DNA of 64,000 bases from Octopus sinensis. Taxonomy: Eukaryota. The stretch spans positions 11,842,001-11,906,000 of the forward strand of contig NC_043018.1 of assembly GCF_006345805.1 (NCBI RefSeq), read 5' to 3'. The translations under genes were made by a program, and so were the position numbers. Of this stretch, positions 25,178-33,337 are shown piece by piece; the first letter of the stretch is position 1, and each line of letters begins with the position of its first letter. The notes beneath the pieces were generated by a model. It searched no databases, was not told the origin of the DNA, and worked only from the letters and a program-made list of their open reading frames with translations.

Positions 25178-27634
25178 CGTATTTGCAAGTTAAATGATAA
25201 ATTTTTAATTGTGTGGTAAGTAGCTTGCTTACCAACCACATGGTTCCGGGTTCAGTCCGACTATGTGGCACCTTGGGCAAGTGTCTTCTACTATAACCTC
25301 AGGCTGACCAAATCCTTGTGAGTGGATTTGATAGATGGAAACTGAAAGAAGCCCATCGTATATATGTGTGTGTGTGTTTGTCCCCCACCCAACATCGCTT
25401 GACAACTAATGCTGGTGTGTTTATGTCCCCATAACTTAGTAGTTCAGCAAAAGAGACTGATAGAATAAACCCTGGGGTCGATTTGCTCGACTAAAGGCAG
25501 TGCTCCAGCATGGCTGCAGTCAAATGACTGAAACAAGTAAAAGAGTATATGTATTAAGCAAAAACGGATTTATTGTCAATCAAACTTGCTTAAAAATTGC
25601 CAGATAACTTTCAAGTTAAAAAGTGGAAACGTTTTTAATTTGGAACTCAACAATAAAAGAATTTATAGTTTAAACTGAATCTATATATAAAAAAAAGAAA
25701 GAAAAAAACAATAGAATACAAATATAAGTATTTCTAGAAGACTAAGTTGAACAAAATTTGATTAATCTTCTCTTCTCTCATGAGTGACAGTTATTAGACG
25801 ATTTCTGCACTGAAATTGTCTTCTGTTTAAGTTAGGGTACCCCATGGGCCTTTGATCTGCTAGATAAGCACACACACACAACGATTTTTCTCATACTCAC
25901 CTCCTCATCCTCTTACTGTCTGTATATATAATCACACATACATACATGAAAAAACACAATTGTATACATGGTTCATCTGTATTTTTTTGAAAATTTCAAT
26001 GTAGAGAAGAAATCTATTAAAGCACTTGGGTAATTGTGTGGTATCTAATCTTTATATATAAAAGTGAAGTTGTGTGTCTGTCTCCTACGATTTAGATTCC
26101 TAACTACTCCCACATTTTGCGGTGCAGTGTAACCAAAACCGGGTATCTTATAGTCGTGATTCATATCGAGCTCTTCTGGGTATTAGCGCGCGTCTACGAT
26201 GAGTCTACGATTTTAAAAAAATTTACCATAATTTTTTCCCATTTGTAATGCATTTTTTTGCTATTATATAAGGGAAGTAACTTTCTAAAAATGTATTATT
26301 AAATCTCAGAACGTAAGAAGCTACAGTAACTCCCCCCCTTTGTGGTTAGCCATATTGAGATGGCTATTATACTTTACATCTCTAAAAATGCTTATATAGT
26401 TATTTCCCTTACAAACCCGAGCAACGCCGGGCGATACTGCTAGTTATATATATATATACATTCTACATAATCATGTATTGAACCATTTCAGTTGTAGTCT
26501 TCTTAATTATCTGTATATATAAAACTGAGAATGTGTGTGTGTCTGTCTGTGTGGAGATGTGTCAGGTCATATCTTCAAGGTACAGTGTGGAGGTGGGGGT
26601 AAATATAAGTGAAGTGGTATAGAGGTTTAAGGCGGCGAGCTGGCAGAAACATTAGCACGACGGGTGAAATGCGTAGCCATATTTCGTCTGCTGTTACATT
26701 ATGAGTTCAAATTCCACCGTGGTCGACTTTGCCTTTCATCCTTTCGGGGTCGATTAAATAAGTACCAGTTACACTGGGGTCGATGTAATCGACTTAATCC
26801 GTTTGTTTGTCCCCTCTATGTTTAGCCCCTTGTGGGCAATAAAGAAATGAGAAATTAATCTTTCTTGACTGGTATTAATTATCTCAGGAGCTAATATCCA
26901 GTGTTGTAAGAAGTGAGATCAACAAAACCCATCAATTTTGTACCAGCACCACTGATGTACTGAATTCCTCCGACTCAGTGGAACTGGATCATTTCAGAGT
27001 TAAATCTTTTCGCTATGAACACAGTGCCAGTGAAGGGATAGGAGTTAGTGTCCTCACAGCTAACCTCTTGCTTGATAATGCAGTAGTCTACAAACTTGGA
27101 GCCCAGACAATGGAAATACACAAGACTGAAAATATAGTAATTTAACTTTATCTTTTCATAAAGATGTGTAGCCTAGTGGTTAGACTAATGGATTCATGAT
27201 TGTTAAAGTGGTGGGTTCAATTCCCAAAACCGAGCAGCATGTTGAAATCCTGGGCAAGGCATTTCCTCTTACCCTACACAACTCAGCTGAAGATGTGTGT
27301 CTTGTGGAGCAGGTTAGCTCCAAATCTTCCACATGCAAAATATTAATAGCCATTAATGGCTGAATGATGATCTCAATAAAAAATTCAGGTCTTGCTTAGA
27401 TAAAGAATTTTTTTTATTTCTAAAACTTTTTATAATTTATTCAGAGGAAGAAGTGCAGCATCATTGATATCTTTTCAAGACTCTAAGATTGGTGAATGGA
27501 AGAGAGAAAGTTATCCTCCGACAGGAACCCTGGGCCAAATGCTTGCATCAGAGCGGACTCCACCAGAGTCACTCAAAGACCAGAGGTTCGAGTTCAACAG
27601 CATCCACATTCATAAAGTCTCAATTCAGATTTAA
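597..27634 (+). CDS. IQCE: IQ domain-containing protein E-like gene, 3' portion (multi-exon; 5' exons upstream of window)
   Basis: Exons 597-704, 1612-1811, 2822-2880, 3051-3126, 3534-3687, 4298-4396, 7277-7391, 9735-9830 and 11825-12012 all have AG/GT ends and join in frame. KLKSNLKTTKVEELQVQVETLHQEIVRLQ and LRNENQSLKEDL resemble vertebrate IQCE as I recall it (TTNLEEM..ETYYEEVHRLQ; EENQSLKEDL). The coiled coil is followed by IQ-like motifs. The last exon is uncertain. Confidence 0.85.
1612..1811 (+). CDS. IQCE: IQCE-like exon (FFKKESG...ENQSLKEDL...SETI)
   Basis: tttag|G acceptor, A|gtaagt donor, 200 nt, phase 2-1; overlaps ORF 1523..1909. Confidence 0.88.
2040..2460 (+). mobile_element. 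Decayed RLE-type non-LTR retrotransposon endonuclease fragment
   Basis: PGIVWDHKEKICSVVEISNPLDTN resembles the PD-(D/E)xK RLE motif PDIvvwD..c.ivEvs.P. Confidence 0.55.
2192..2338. repeat. 49-bp tandem repeat x3
   Basis: ggacatctacagaccattggtaaggagtttgcaagtccagtgcccaaga at 2192, 2241 and 2290. Confidence 0.95.
2822..2880 (+). CDS. IQCE: IQCE-like exon (KDQEDMKQHELLTVIAEQKK)
   Basis: ctttcag acceptor, gtgag donor, phase 1-0. Confidence 0.8.
3051..3126 (+). CDS. IQCE: IQCE-like exon (IIKDFEREKAVLEDYLENKPWSNVP)
   Basis: gtttcag acceptor, G|gtaaat donor, phase 0-1. Confidence 0.83.
3534..3687 (+). CDS. IQCE: IQCE-like coiled-coil exon (GKIQVQGSIVEQLEQLDKQE...KKSEEFE)
   Basis: T-tract gtcag acceptor, GA|gtgag donor, phase 1-2. 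Confidence 0.85.
4298..4396 (+). CDS. IQCE: IQCE-like exon (LDCQKLQLTIKELELKLKLDNKATNSSLRHRSR)
   Basis: ttggcag acceptor, AG|gtatt donor, phase 2-2. Confidence 0.82.
5685..6031 (+). mobile_element. Abundant RTE-tail-type SINE-like repeat ending in (GAT)n (family C)
   Basis: ggagtggttggcgttaggaagggcatccagctgtagaaa...ccaacccatgctagcatgga..cggacgttaaacgatgatg. Further copies at about 6190-6400(-), 7062-7213(+), 8975-9215(-), 11175-11400(-), 19765-20017(+), 23945-24230(-), 28600-28945(-), 41560-41760(+), 42140-42485(+) and 43545-43835(+). Confidence 0.85.
7277..7391 (+). CDS. IQCE: IQCE-like exon (TSPTSENHNSRR...EIVSQEP)
   Basis: ttttcttttcag acceptor, CCT|gtaaga donor, phase 2-0. Confidence 0.8.
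7835..8142 (-). mobile_element. tRNA-derived SINE (family D)
   Basis: Minus-strand head ggaggcacatggcctagtggttagagcagc..gggtttgaatctc (A/B boxes); near-identical copy at 10748-11054. Confidence 0.8.
8200..8770 (-). mobile_element. Decayed RTE-like LINE 3' fragment
   Basis: Frameshifted translation resembles the RTE ORF C-terminus (ISWLCD..GKLGKTEKTGGRRSRG...); boundaries approximate. Confidence 0.45.
9735..9830 (+). CDS. IQCE: IQCE-like exon with IQ-like motif (AAKCIQKAWHQH)
   Basis: ttttatag acceptor, gtaaga donor, 96 nt, phase 0-0. Confidence 0.87.
9965..10352 (+). mobile_element. tRNA-derived SINE family A, dimeric copy
   Basis: Head gcggtgagctggcagaaacg..gagttcaaattcc, body gtcgactttgcctttcatcctttcggggtc. 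Other copies at about 16570-16785(-), 16950-17155(-), 26628-26850(+), 40690-40900, 47740-47880 and 62257-62495(+). Confidence 0.85.
10748..11054 (-). mobile_element. tRNA-derived SINE (family D), second copy
   Basis: Colinear with 7835-8142. Confidence 0.8.
11825..12012 (+). CDS. IQCE: IQCE-like exon with two IQ-like motifs (ALVIIQGTLLAHAARKK; SVKLIQSVVRAHYSR)
   Basis: ccaacag acceptor, AG|gtaagt donor, phase 0-2. Confidence 0.88.
12835..12871 (+). CDS. IQCE: Candidate proximal terminal exon of IQCE-like gene (RENLKTEQIVQR*)
   Basis: Long T tract plus acag acceptor, phase 2 compatible, TAA at 12869-12871. Confidence 0.4.
13186..13240 (+). CDS. IQCE: Candidate second terminal exon (SMCKQLAEKSFFKNSQLQ*)
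   Basis: Pyrimidine tract plus cacag acceptor, phase 2 compatible; the stop overlaps an AATAAA. Confidence 0.3.
13291..13426. repeat. 17-bp minisatellite x8
   Basis: gaatggtgaagccag(a/g)c repeated 8 times. Confidence 0.95.
14499..15475 (+). mobile_element. Non-autonomous Helitron
   Basis: A^TC start (atctctctctatataaaactgagaatgtg); 3' hairpin tatgacccggcaacgacgggtcata then CTAG^T. Confidence 0.75.
15840..16141 (-). mobile_element. Non-autonomous Helitron (internally deleted sister of 26044-26443)
   Basis: Minus strand TC start, hairpin cccaagcaacgccggg, CTAG^T end. Confidence 0.82.
16407..18510 (-). mobile_element. Decayed Helitron with PIF1-like helicase pseudogene and 3' terminus
   Basis: Frameshifted peptides GIFFLDG..KT, AATILPG, LIIWDECTMSH, DMRGNNKSMGGV, REILAPKNETV..IN and KVGVPI.LRNLDPPKLCNETRL..EVFIPRIP. 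CTAG terminus with GC hairpin at 16407-16435; SINEs inserted between. Confidence 0.85.
18745..19757 (-). mobile_element. Decayed mariner-like transposon
   Basis: Mariner-type TIR (ta)ttgggtcttcccataagtaatgtggtttt at 19757; ATG at 19573; peptides YEFKEGNNATESARNINVVYG and QDSAQPH...WETMPH; other end truncated. Confidence 0.8.
21095..22340 (+). mobile_element. Two related head-to-tail units of a probable L1/Tx1-like non-LTR element relic
   Basis: 21110-21378 is similar to 21870-22335 (ttaaagttgtagtattt...gaaaaggaagaaaccaagcaaaacaaacacagaacc). Short ORF1-like start MSETEEKEGEPREWETTGQKRKRKKP at 21280. Confidence 0.5.
23140..23700 (+). mobile_element. RTE-clade LINE 3' fragment
   Basis: LDVVDSFCYLGDQVSNGGGCSEDIAVRIRIGWAKFRELLPLL...KGRLYDACV, then GRGRPRKTWDEVV. 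Confidence 0.85.
24655..25015 (-). mobile_element. tRNA-derived SINE family B (internal microsatellite)
   Basis: Colinear with the full copy at 50208-50610. Other copies at about 4625-4940(-), 8785-8960(-), 38980-39190(+), 40355-40665(-), 42490-42720(+), 51880-52325(+) and 61665-62052(-). Confidence 0.85.
25210..25547 (+). mobile_element. tRNA-derived SINE family B
   Basis: gtgtggtaagtagcttgcttaccaaccacatggttccgggttcagtcc...gactgaaacaagtaaaagag. Confidence 0.88.
26044..26443 (+). mobile_element. Non-autonomous Helitron
   Basis: A^TC start; 3' hairpin cccgagcaacgccggg; CTAG^T end. Confidence 0.85.
27445..27634 (+). CDS. IQCE: Candidate distal terminal exon of IQCE-like gene (RGRSAASLISFQDSKIGEW...HKVSIQI*)
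   Basis: tttattcag acceptor; 62 open codons in exactly the phase needed after exon 12012; non-repetitive; AATAAA at 27716-27721. Confidence 0.62.
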
Positions 27635-27715
27635 TTCACTGGAATCAATTTAGTTGACTACACTTCATTTTTGTCATTTGCTTTGTTCAAAAAAATCATT
27701 TATGATCTATAATAC

Positions 27716-27721
27716 AATAAA
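27716..27721 (+). promoter_or_regulatory. Candidate polyadenylation signal for the IQCE-like distal exon
   Basis: AATAAA 82 nt after the stop; AT-rich context makes a chance match plausible. Confidence 0.35.
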
Positions 27722-27923
27722 AAATATAATAAAATATAAAAATATATATATATATATAAAGCATATTGTCAGCCACTGGATGATTGGGCAGGCCTATGGT
27801 CAAAGGCATCCCAGCTATGCCATCACATATTTTTGTTCAGGTATAGTGAAGTCAGCACTACATTATCCAATGGGTTCTTTCGTTTTTGAAGACAGCAAAC
27901 AGTAATTTGTAGGAAATTTGGTG

Positions 27924-27929
27924 TTTATT
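27924..27929 (-). promoter_or_regulatory. Candidate polyadenylation signal for the cadherin gene
   Basis: TTTATT on + (AATAAA on -) about 65 nt past the cadherin stop. Confidence 0.3.
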
Positions 27930-27993
27930 TTGAGAAAAGTAAAAAAAAAACCATGAAGAAACTTCCCTGTTGTTGATGATGATGATGATGGTG

Positions 27994-28360
27994 CTATATG
28001 TCTGTGCTTTCCATTTCATCATCATCATCTCTTTTGAAAAGCTGTTGCAGGTCATCAGTTTTGCCATAATCTGGGACATCTCTGTCTTCAGATTCCTGTC
28101 CTAATACATTTGTATTAGATCCCTCTAGAAAACTGTCAAGGTTCTGTAATAAATTCTGCTGATTTTCTAAAGGAGTTTTCTGTGTTTCTGAAGAAGTTGG
28201 TTGGTCTTCTATAGGAACCTGAGTAGAGTTCGAAGGTGTTTCCTGGTTTCTGTTGGTTGTCTCAGGCAGAGGCACAGAATTATAGAGGGAAGCTTCTGTA
28301 TCAAAACTGCTTCCACTCACATGACCACTGCTGTTGTTGCTGTTCCTTTCAAAGCTTGTC
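27994..28360 (-). CDS. Cadherin terminal exon (TSFERNS...DDDDEMESTDI*)
   Basis: aaatag acceptor, phase 2; 121 codons plus stop; includes ORF 27994..28320; ends in a class I PDZ motif. Confidence 0.85.
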
Positions 28361-31300
28361 CTATTTAAACAATAACAACAACAACGATAATTATTTCCTT
28401 ATTTAAAAAAGAAAAACATTTAGAAGACAGCATGGCACTCTGACAAAAAGAATGAAAATGTGAAAAATTTGAAAAGAGCTAGGTGTTCAAATTAACGAAT
28501 TCAAGCATAATGAGAATACAGCTAGTTAAGAAACATACGTAGGCTAGCATTTTACCTTTTCCACTCCCTCATTTTGGTATATATATATATATATATGCAT
28601 TCATCATCATCATCATCATCGTTTAATGTCTGTTTTCCATGCTGGCATGGGTTGGACAGTTTGACTGAGGTCTGGAGAGACAGCTGCTGCACCAGGCTCC
28701 AATCTCATCTGGCAATGTTTCTACAGCTGGATGCACTTCCTAACGCCAACCACTCCGAGAGTGTAGTGGGTGCTTTTTATGTGCCACTGGCACAGGAGCC
28801 AGTCGGGCAGGCCTGGCATCGATCATGTTCAGATGGTTCTTTTTATGTGCCACTGGCACAGGGGCCAGTCGTGGTACTGGCATCAGTCACGTTCAGATGG
28901 TGCTTTTTGCATACCATCGGCACAGGAGCCAGTCAGGTGGATCTGGCATCAACCATCTTTCAGGAGGATAATGCACCAATTCACACAGCTAAAGTTGTTA
29001 CTGAATGGCACGAGGAGCATTCTAGTGAAGTTGAACATCTTATCTGGCCACCACAGTGGACGCTAAATGATAATGATGATGTGAATTGTCATCTGAATTA
29101 ACGTTGAAGTGGATTTATATATTTTTCTATTTTTGATTCGTCTGGCATTCGGTTAATTTTTTTCTATCATAATTTAATTGCTTGCTCCTTTCTGGACTAT
29201 TGTTAAGGTCTTTATATTTTTGTTGGTAGAGCCCATTCGTTCCAATAACGAATTCCCGAGGAAAATCCTAATTTGTGATTTCAAAAGGATTGTATTTTGT
29301 TTTGTTTTGAATTAATTAGAGTTGGAAACAACTTGTAAAGTTTTTACTGGATATATGTACCAACCTGGAATAAAGTAACATCTACACTTCTATTTTTCCT
29401 TATTATACCTTTATATATATATATATATATATATATATGTAGGTCCCGGGTTGATTCGGGGTTAACCACAGTAAATAAGGTACTCAATACATAGCAGAGT
29501 AAAATTAATTTATTATATAGAAGGAGCTTCTACAGGACTAGAACTGTTTCATTCAAGAGAAATCTTCAGGAAGCTCTGAAGATTTCTCTTGAATGAAACA
29601 GTTCTAGTCCTGTAGAAGCTCCTTCTATATATATATATATTATATATATATATATATATATGTTTTCTCTCATTTCACTATTGGTAAACCCCTACACTTG
29701 ATGTTTGTCTTTGTATTGTCCCTTCTCATCCTTTGCCCTGGTGGCAAATAAAAGATACTATTATTATTATTATTATTGTCAATGCTATTTTGGTTTTCCA
29801 ATTTTTTTTTGTTAAAATATGAAATTGTTAAAGAAGAGAGTTAAATTTATCCATAAAAATGAAACAAAATTGAATTGCTTGTGATAGGACTAGTGAAAAT
29901 TGTAGTTATTTACCTTTACAATTCCTTTGACAGCAAAAGCAATTAAAAAAATAGGGATAAAAGTAAGCATTCATTATACAACTGATAGCTGCCAAATATT
30001 AATTATTAGTAACAAATGGTATTATCATTAATTTGTTATCATTTCAGCAAATTACATTGAGAGGTTGATTATAGTCCAGGTTAATGCTTTTACTCTTGTC
30101 TGGAAAACACAGATGAGAGAGAGAGAGCATTTATCCCTTGGATGTCAAGGTAATCCTATGTCTCTAAGGTTCTCTTGTTTGGTCCTAGGATAGCCATCCC
30201 CTATTGGGACATCTCATTTCATTCTTTTTGGATTCTGATGATTTCCATGTTTTTCCATAATCAATTCTGTGTAAATCTCCATTTTCTTGTAAATCTTTCC
30301 TCACCTGTTACCTTTGTAGTAAATAAACAGTTATTTTATTCACACTTAATTTATTAATCATTTTATTTTCATATTAATTATTGTATTACCACTTATATAA
30401 TTAACTTTATTATCACTTCTATGATTATTTTATTCTTCACCAAATTTCAGTCAACTCAAGGTTTTAGTAGAAGACATTTGCCCAACGTATCAAGCAGTGG
30501 AATTGAACAAGACCATTCAGTTGCAAAGTAAACTGCTTAACCATTGAGCTATCTCTGCCTTGCCTTGTGATAGTGTTGAATTTTACCAGAAGTGGTACTA
30601 AAAGGACCCAAACTTTACTAAAACCATTCTAAAATATTTCTCTGGAAGAGTGGTTGCTCTTCATTGCAGTCGACAGTTGTGACTGATCAATGTTTCGTTG
30701 GTGTGCTGAGATGAAGCCGTGGCATTCAGTGAGAAAAACTCACAGAGGAGTGGAAGAGGTGTAACAACAAAACAATGGCTGTCAAAATATGACTGATTAC
30801 GGTGGGGACAGCAATCAATATCAACAACAACAAAAAAGAAAGGAAAAAAAAAACCAACATATTTTGGAATCAAAACTAGGAAAATCAAACTTTCTGATGC
30901 AATTGTGTGGCAATTAACTAAAAATGTGCTTCTTTAAATATAGGCAGAAAAAAATAGACAGCAATTTAGTGGAAAATAAACGTAGCAACTACAAGGGAAG
31001 TGAATGAAAACTATTCATAGAACATATGTGGAAGGTATGTGAATAAAAGAGAGAGGCAGAGTAGAGGAAAAGGGAATGGAAAATATATAGAACATGTGGA
31101 AACTGTGAAATAGAGATTATTGTTTTAAAGCAAGTTAGAATATCAATAAAACTGTTGCTAATGGAGAAACTCAATAGTAAAAATAGAGTTAAATTTGACA
31201 TTTTGACAGGGACTTTAGTCTACAAGCATGGTTTTGCCTGCTGGCAAAACCTAAAGCTCAGTGAAAATGAATTTGATAACAGAGCATATGTTTAAAGAAA

Positions 31301-33293
31301 ACATAGAATATAGATAGAACAGATGTGGAAGGCAGGTAGAAGATGTGTCAATTGTAAAGAAGATAAGGTGGAAGTTTGGTTGATAAACACATTGAGGCTG
31401 CAATGAAGCCAAAATGAGACGAGTCATCAATGAAGAAAATTAAAGATATTCTAATGGAAACTGAAAAATAAACAATGTAAGCAGCAGAAATAAAAAATGA
31501 AATCTAACAAAAAGCTAAAATGCCTGACTCTAAAAGCAAACGGCATTGAGTGTAGGTATGATGTAATTTGGTGTAACATACATCTAGAGATGTGGTTGAA
31601 AGTGGGGGTTTAGGACAATGTTGAATTCAAATGAGGTTGTTCTTGCTGCTTCAGCTGTTCTGGTTGTGGTGCTTCCTGATGACCTCTTGGGTCGATGTGG
31701 TGTCATCTGACTCTGATTCCTTAGAAGACTCAAAATGGTCAGATCTGAAATAATATTCCATTACACACTGTTATATACTTACACACACATATTCTATAGA
31801 TAGGCAGCCATTTGTCATCTCTTCCTCTCATTCCCACATCATTGCTATTCTGCTCCTCTTCACCCCCATTATCATTGACCGTTCCCACCCCTTAACCCTA
31901 CTCAGTCTCCACAGTTGTCATCTACCTCCACGACACATCATCCCTACACATTTCCGTCCATGCAAACCTAGCTATCAACTTACAAACCAAACACGTTGCT
32001 TCCTCTCACAACCTCAACTGTTTTGGGCTTGCAGCTCTGGATATCTGTGAACTGTTAATTACTGTAGTAGAAAACACCATCTTCCAGTTTGAAGGGTCCG
32101 ATTATGAACAAATCTCAAGACTGCTGATAAGGGTTAAACTTGTCAGAGCTCCTGGCTGTCAACACCTCAACAGTTGTCCCTCCTGTGTTTATTCATCATG
32201 TATGTGGATAATATCTTCATACTGATATCATCTTGTGAAGAGGCTGTTAAAATGTATATGTTCAATATTGGTGGACATATAAAACATATATAACACTGGT
32301 TCCTGATCTCTGCTTCATTTTGAATTCAAAATTACAAAGAACAGATCCATCTCCACTAACTTTTACAGAGAAGCGGCTGGCAGGAGCCTATTTGTACATT
32401 ATAATTCATCCTTGCCCATCAGAGTTAAAATGTCCTGTATCAGAAACAGAATTCACAGGATGCACAGTAAATGCAAGGAAGCCGGAAGCAAAACACCAAC
32501 ATCATACAATAAGGAGTTTACTGAAATTAGCAACAGAGATACAGAGGCAATGATGCACACCAGTCAAATGCAGCTGTTCAATAGTTTGGATGTCTGTCTG
32601 TCTGTCTGACCAGTTTTGGCCTGGGTCAAATAAACAGATCCAGAAGGTTCCTTTGAAAATGACAATGGGAGCATTGGACAGCGTAGATATCTGTAGTCTC
32701 ATAAGCACTCTAGGTGCCATCAACCCACTTTTGCTTCTATAGATATGGTACTTTAGCTACCTCTAGAGGCAGGAATGAGTACACCCTGGACAAGCTGAGG
32801 AAGACCTTGATCCACACTCTTTACACCCTTGAGACCAACCCCTTACCAGTGTAAATTTCTGAGACATAGCACCAGATCATACAGGCCCTACTTGAAACCT
32901 AATGAAAGGCTGCTGTACATCATCACAGCCTCTTGTCACCCTCCTAAAAACTTTGTAGATTTTGAACCTGTCCTAAAAGAAAGATGTTTTTGATGCTGCA
33001 GTCTCTTGCAGCCAGTGAGTTTAAGGATCTTATCATAACAATTAAATGCACAAAAACATGAACCCTTCCCAACGAAAAACGAAGGCATTTTGTAAAGTGA
33101 TTTCGAAAGTTCACTGAGTATGAGGCAGCTTTATAAAATTGAAATAACTTACATTCCTATTTCACTTTTTTCATATCCCTCGTTAATATTTGATTGATTA
33201 AAGAGCAATGATTGGAGTTCATCAAATTTATTCTTGTATCTGTGAGTAAAGGAGAAAAACAAACAATTGATGAAACTGCAACAACTCACTGTA

Positions 33294-33337
<44 letters not shown>

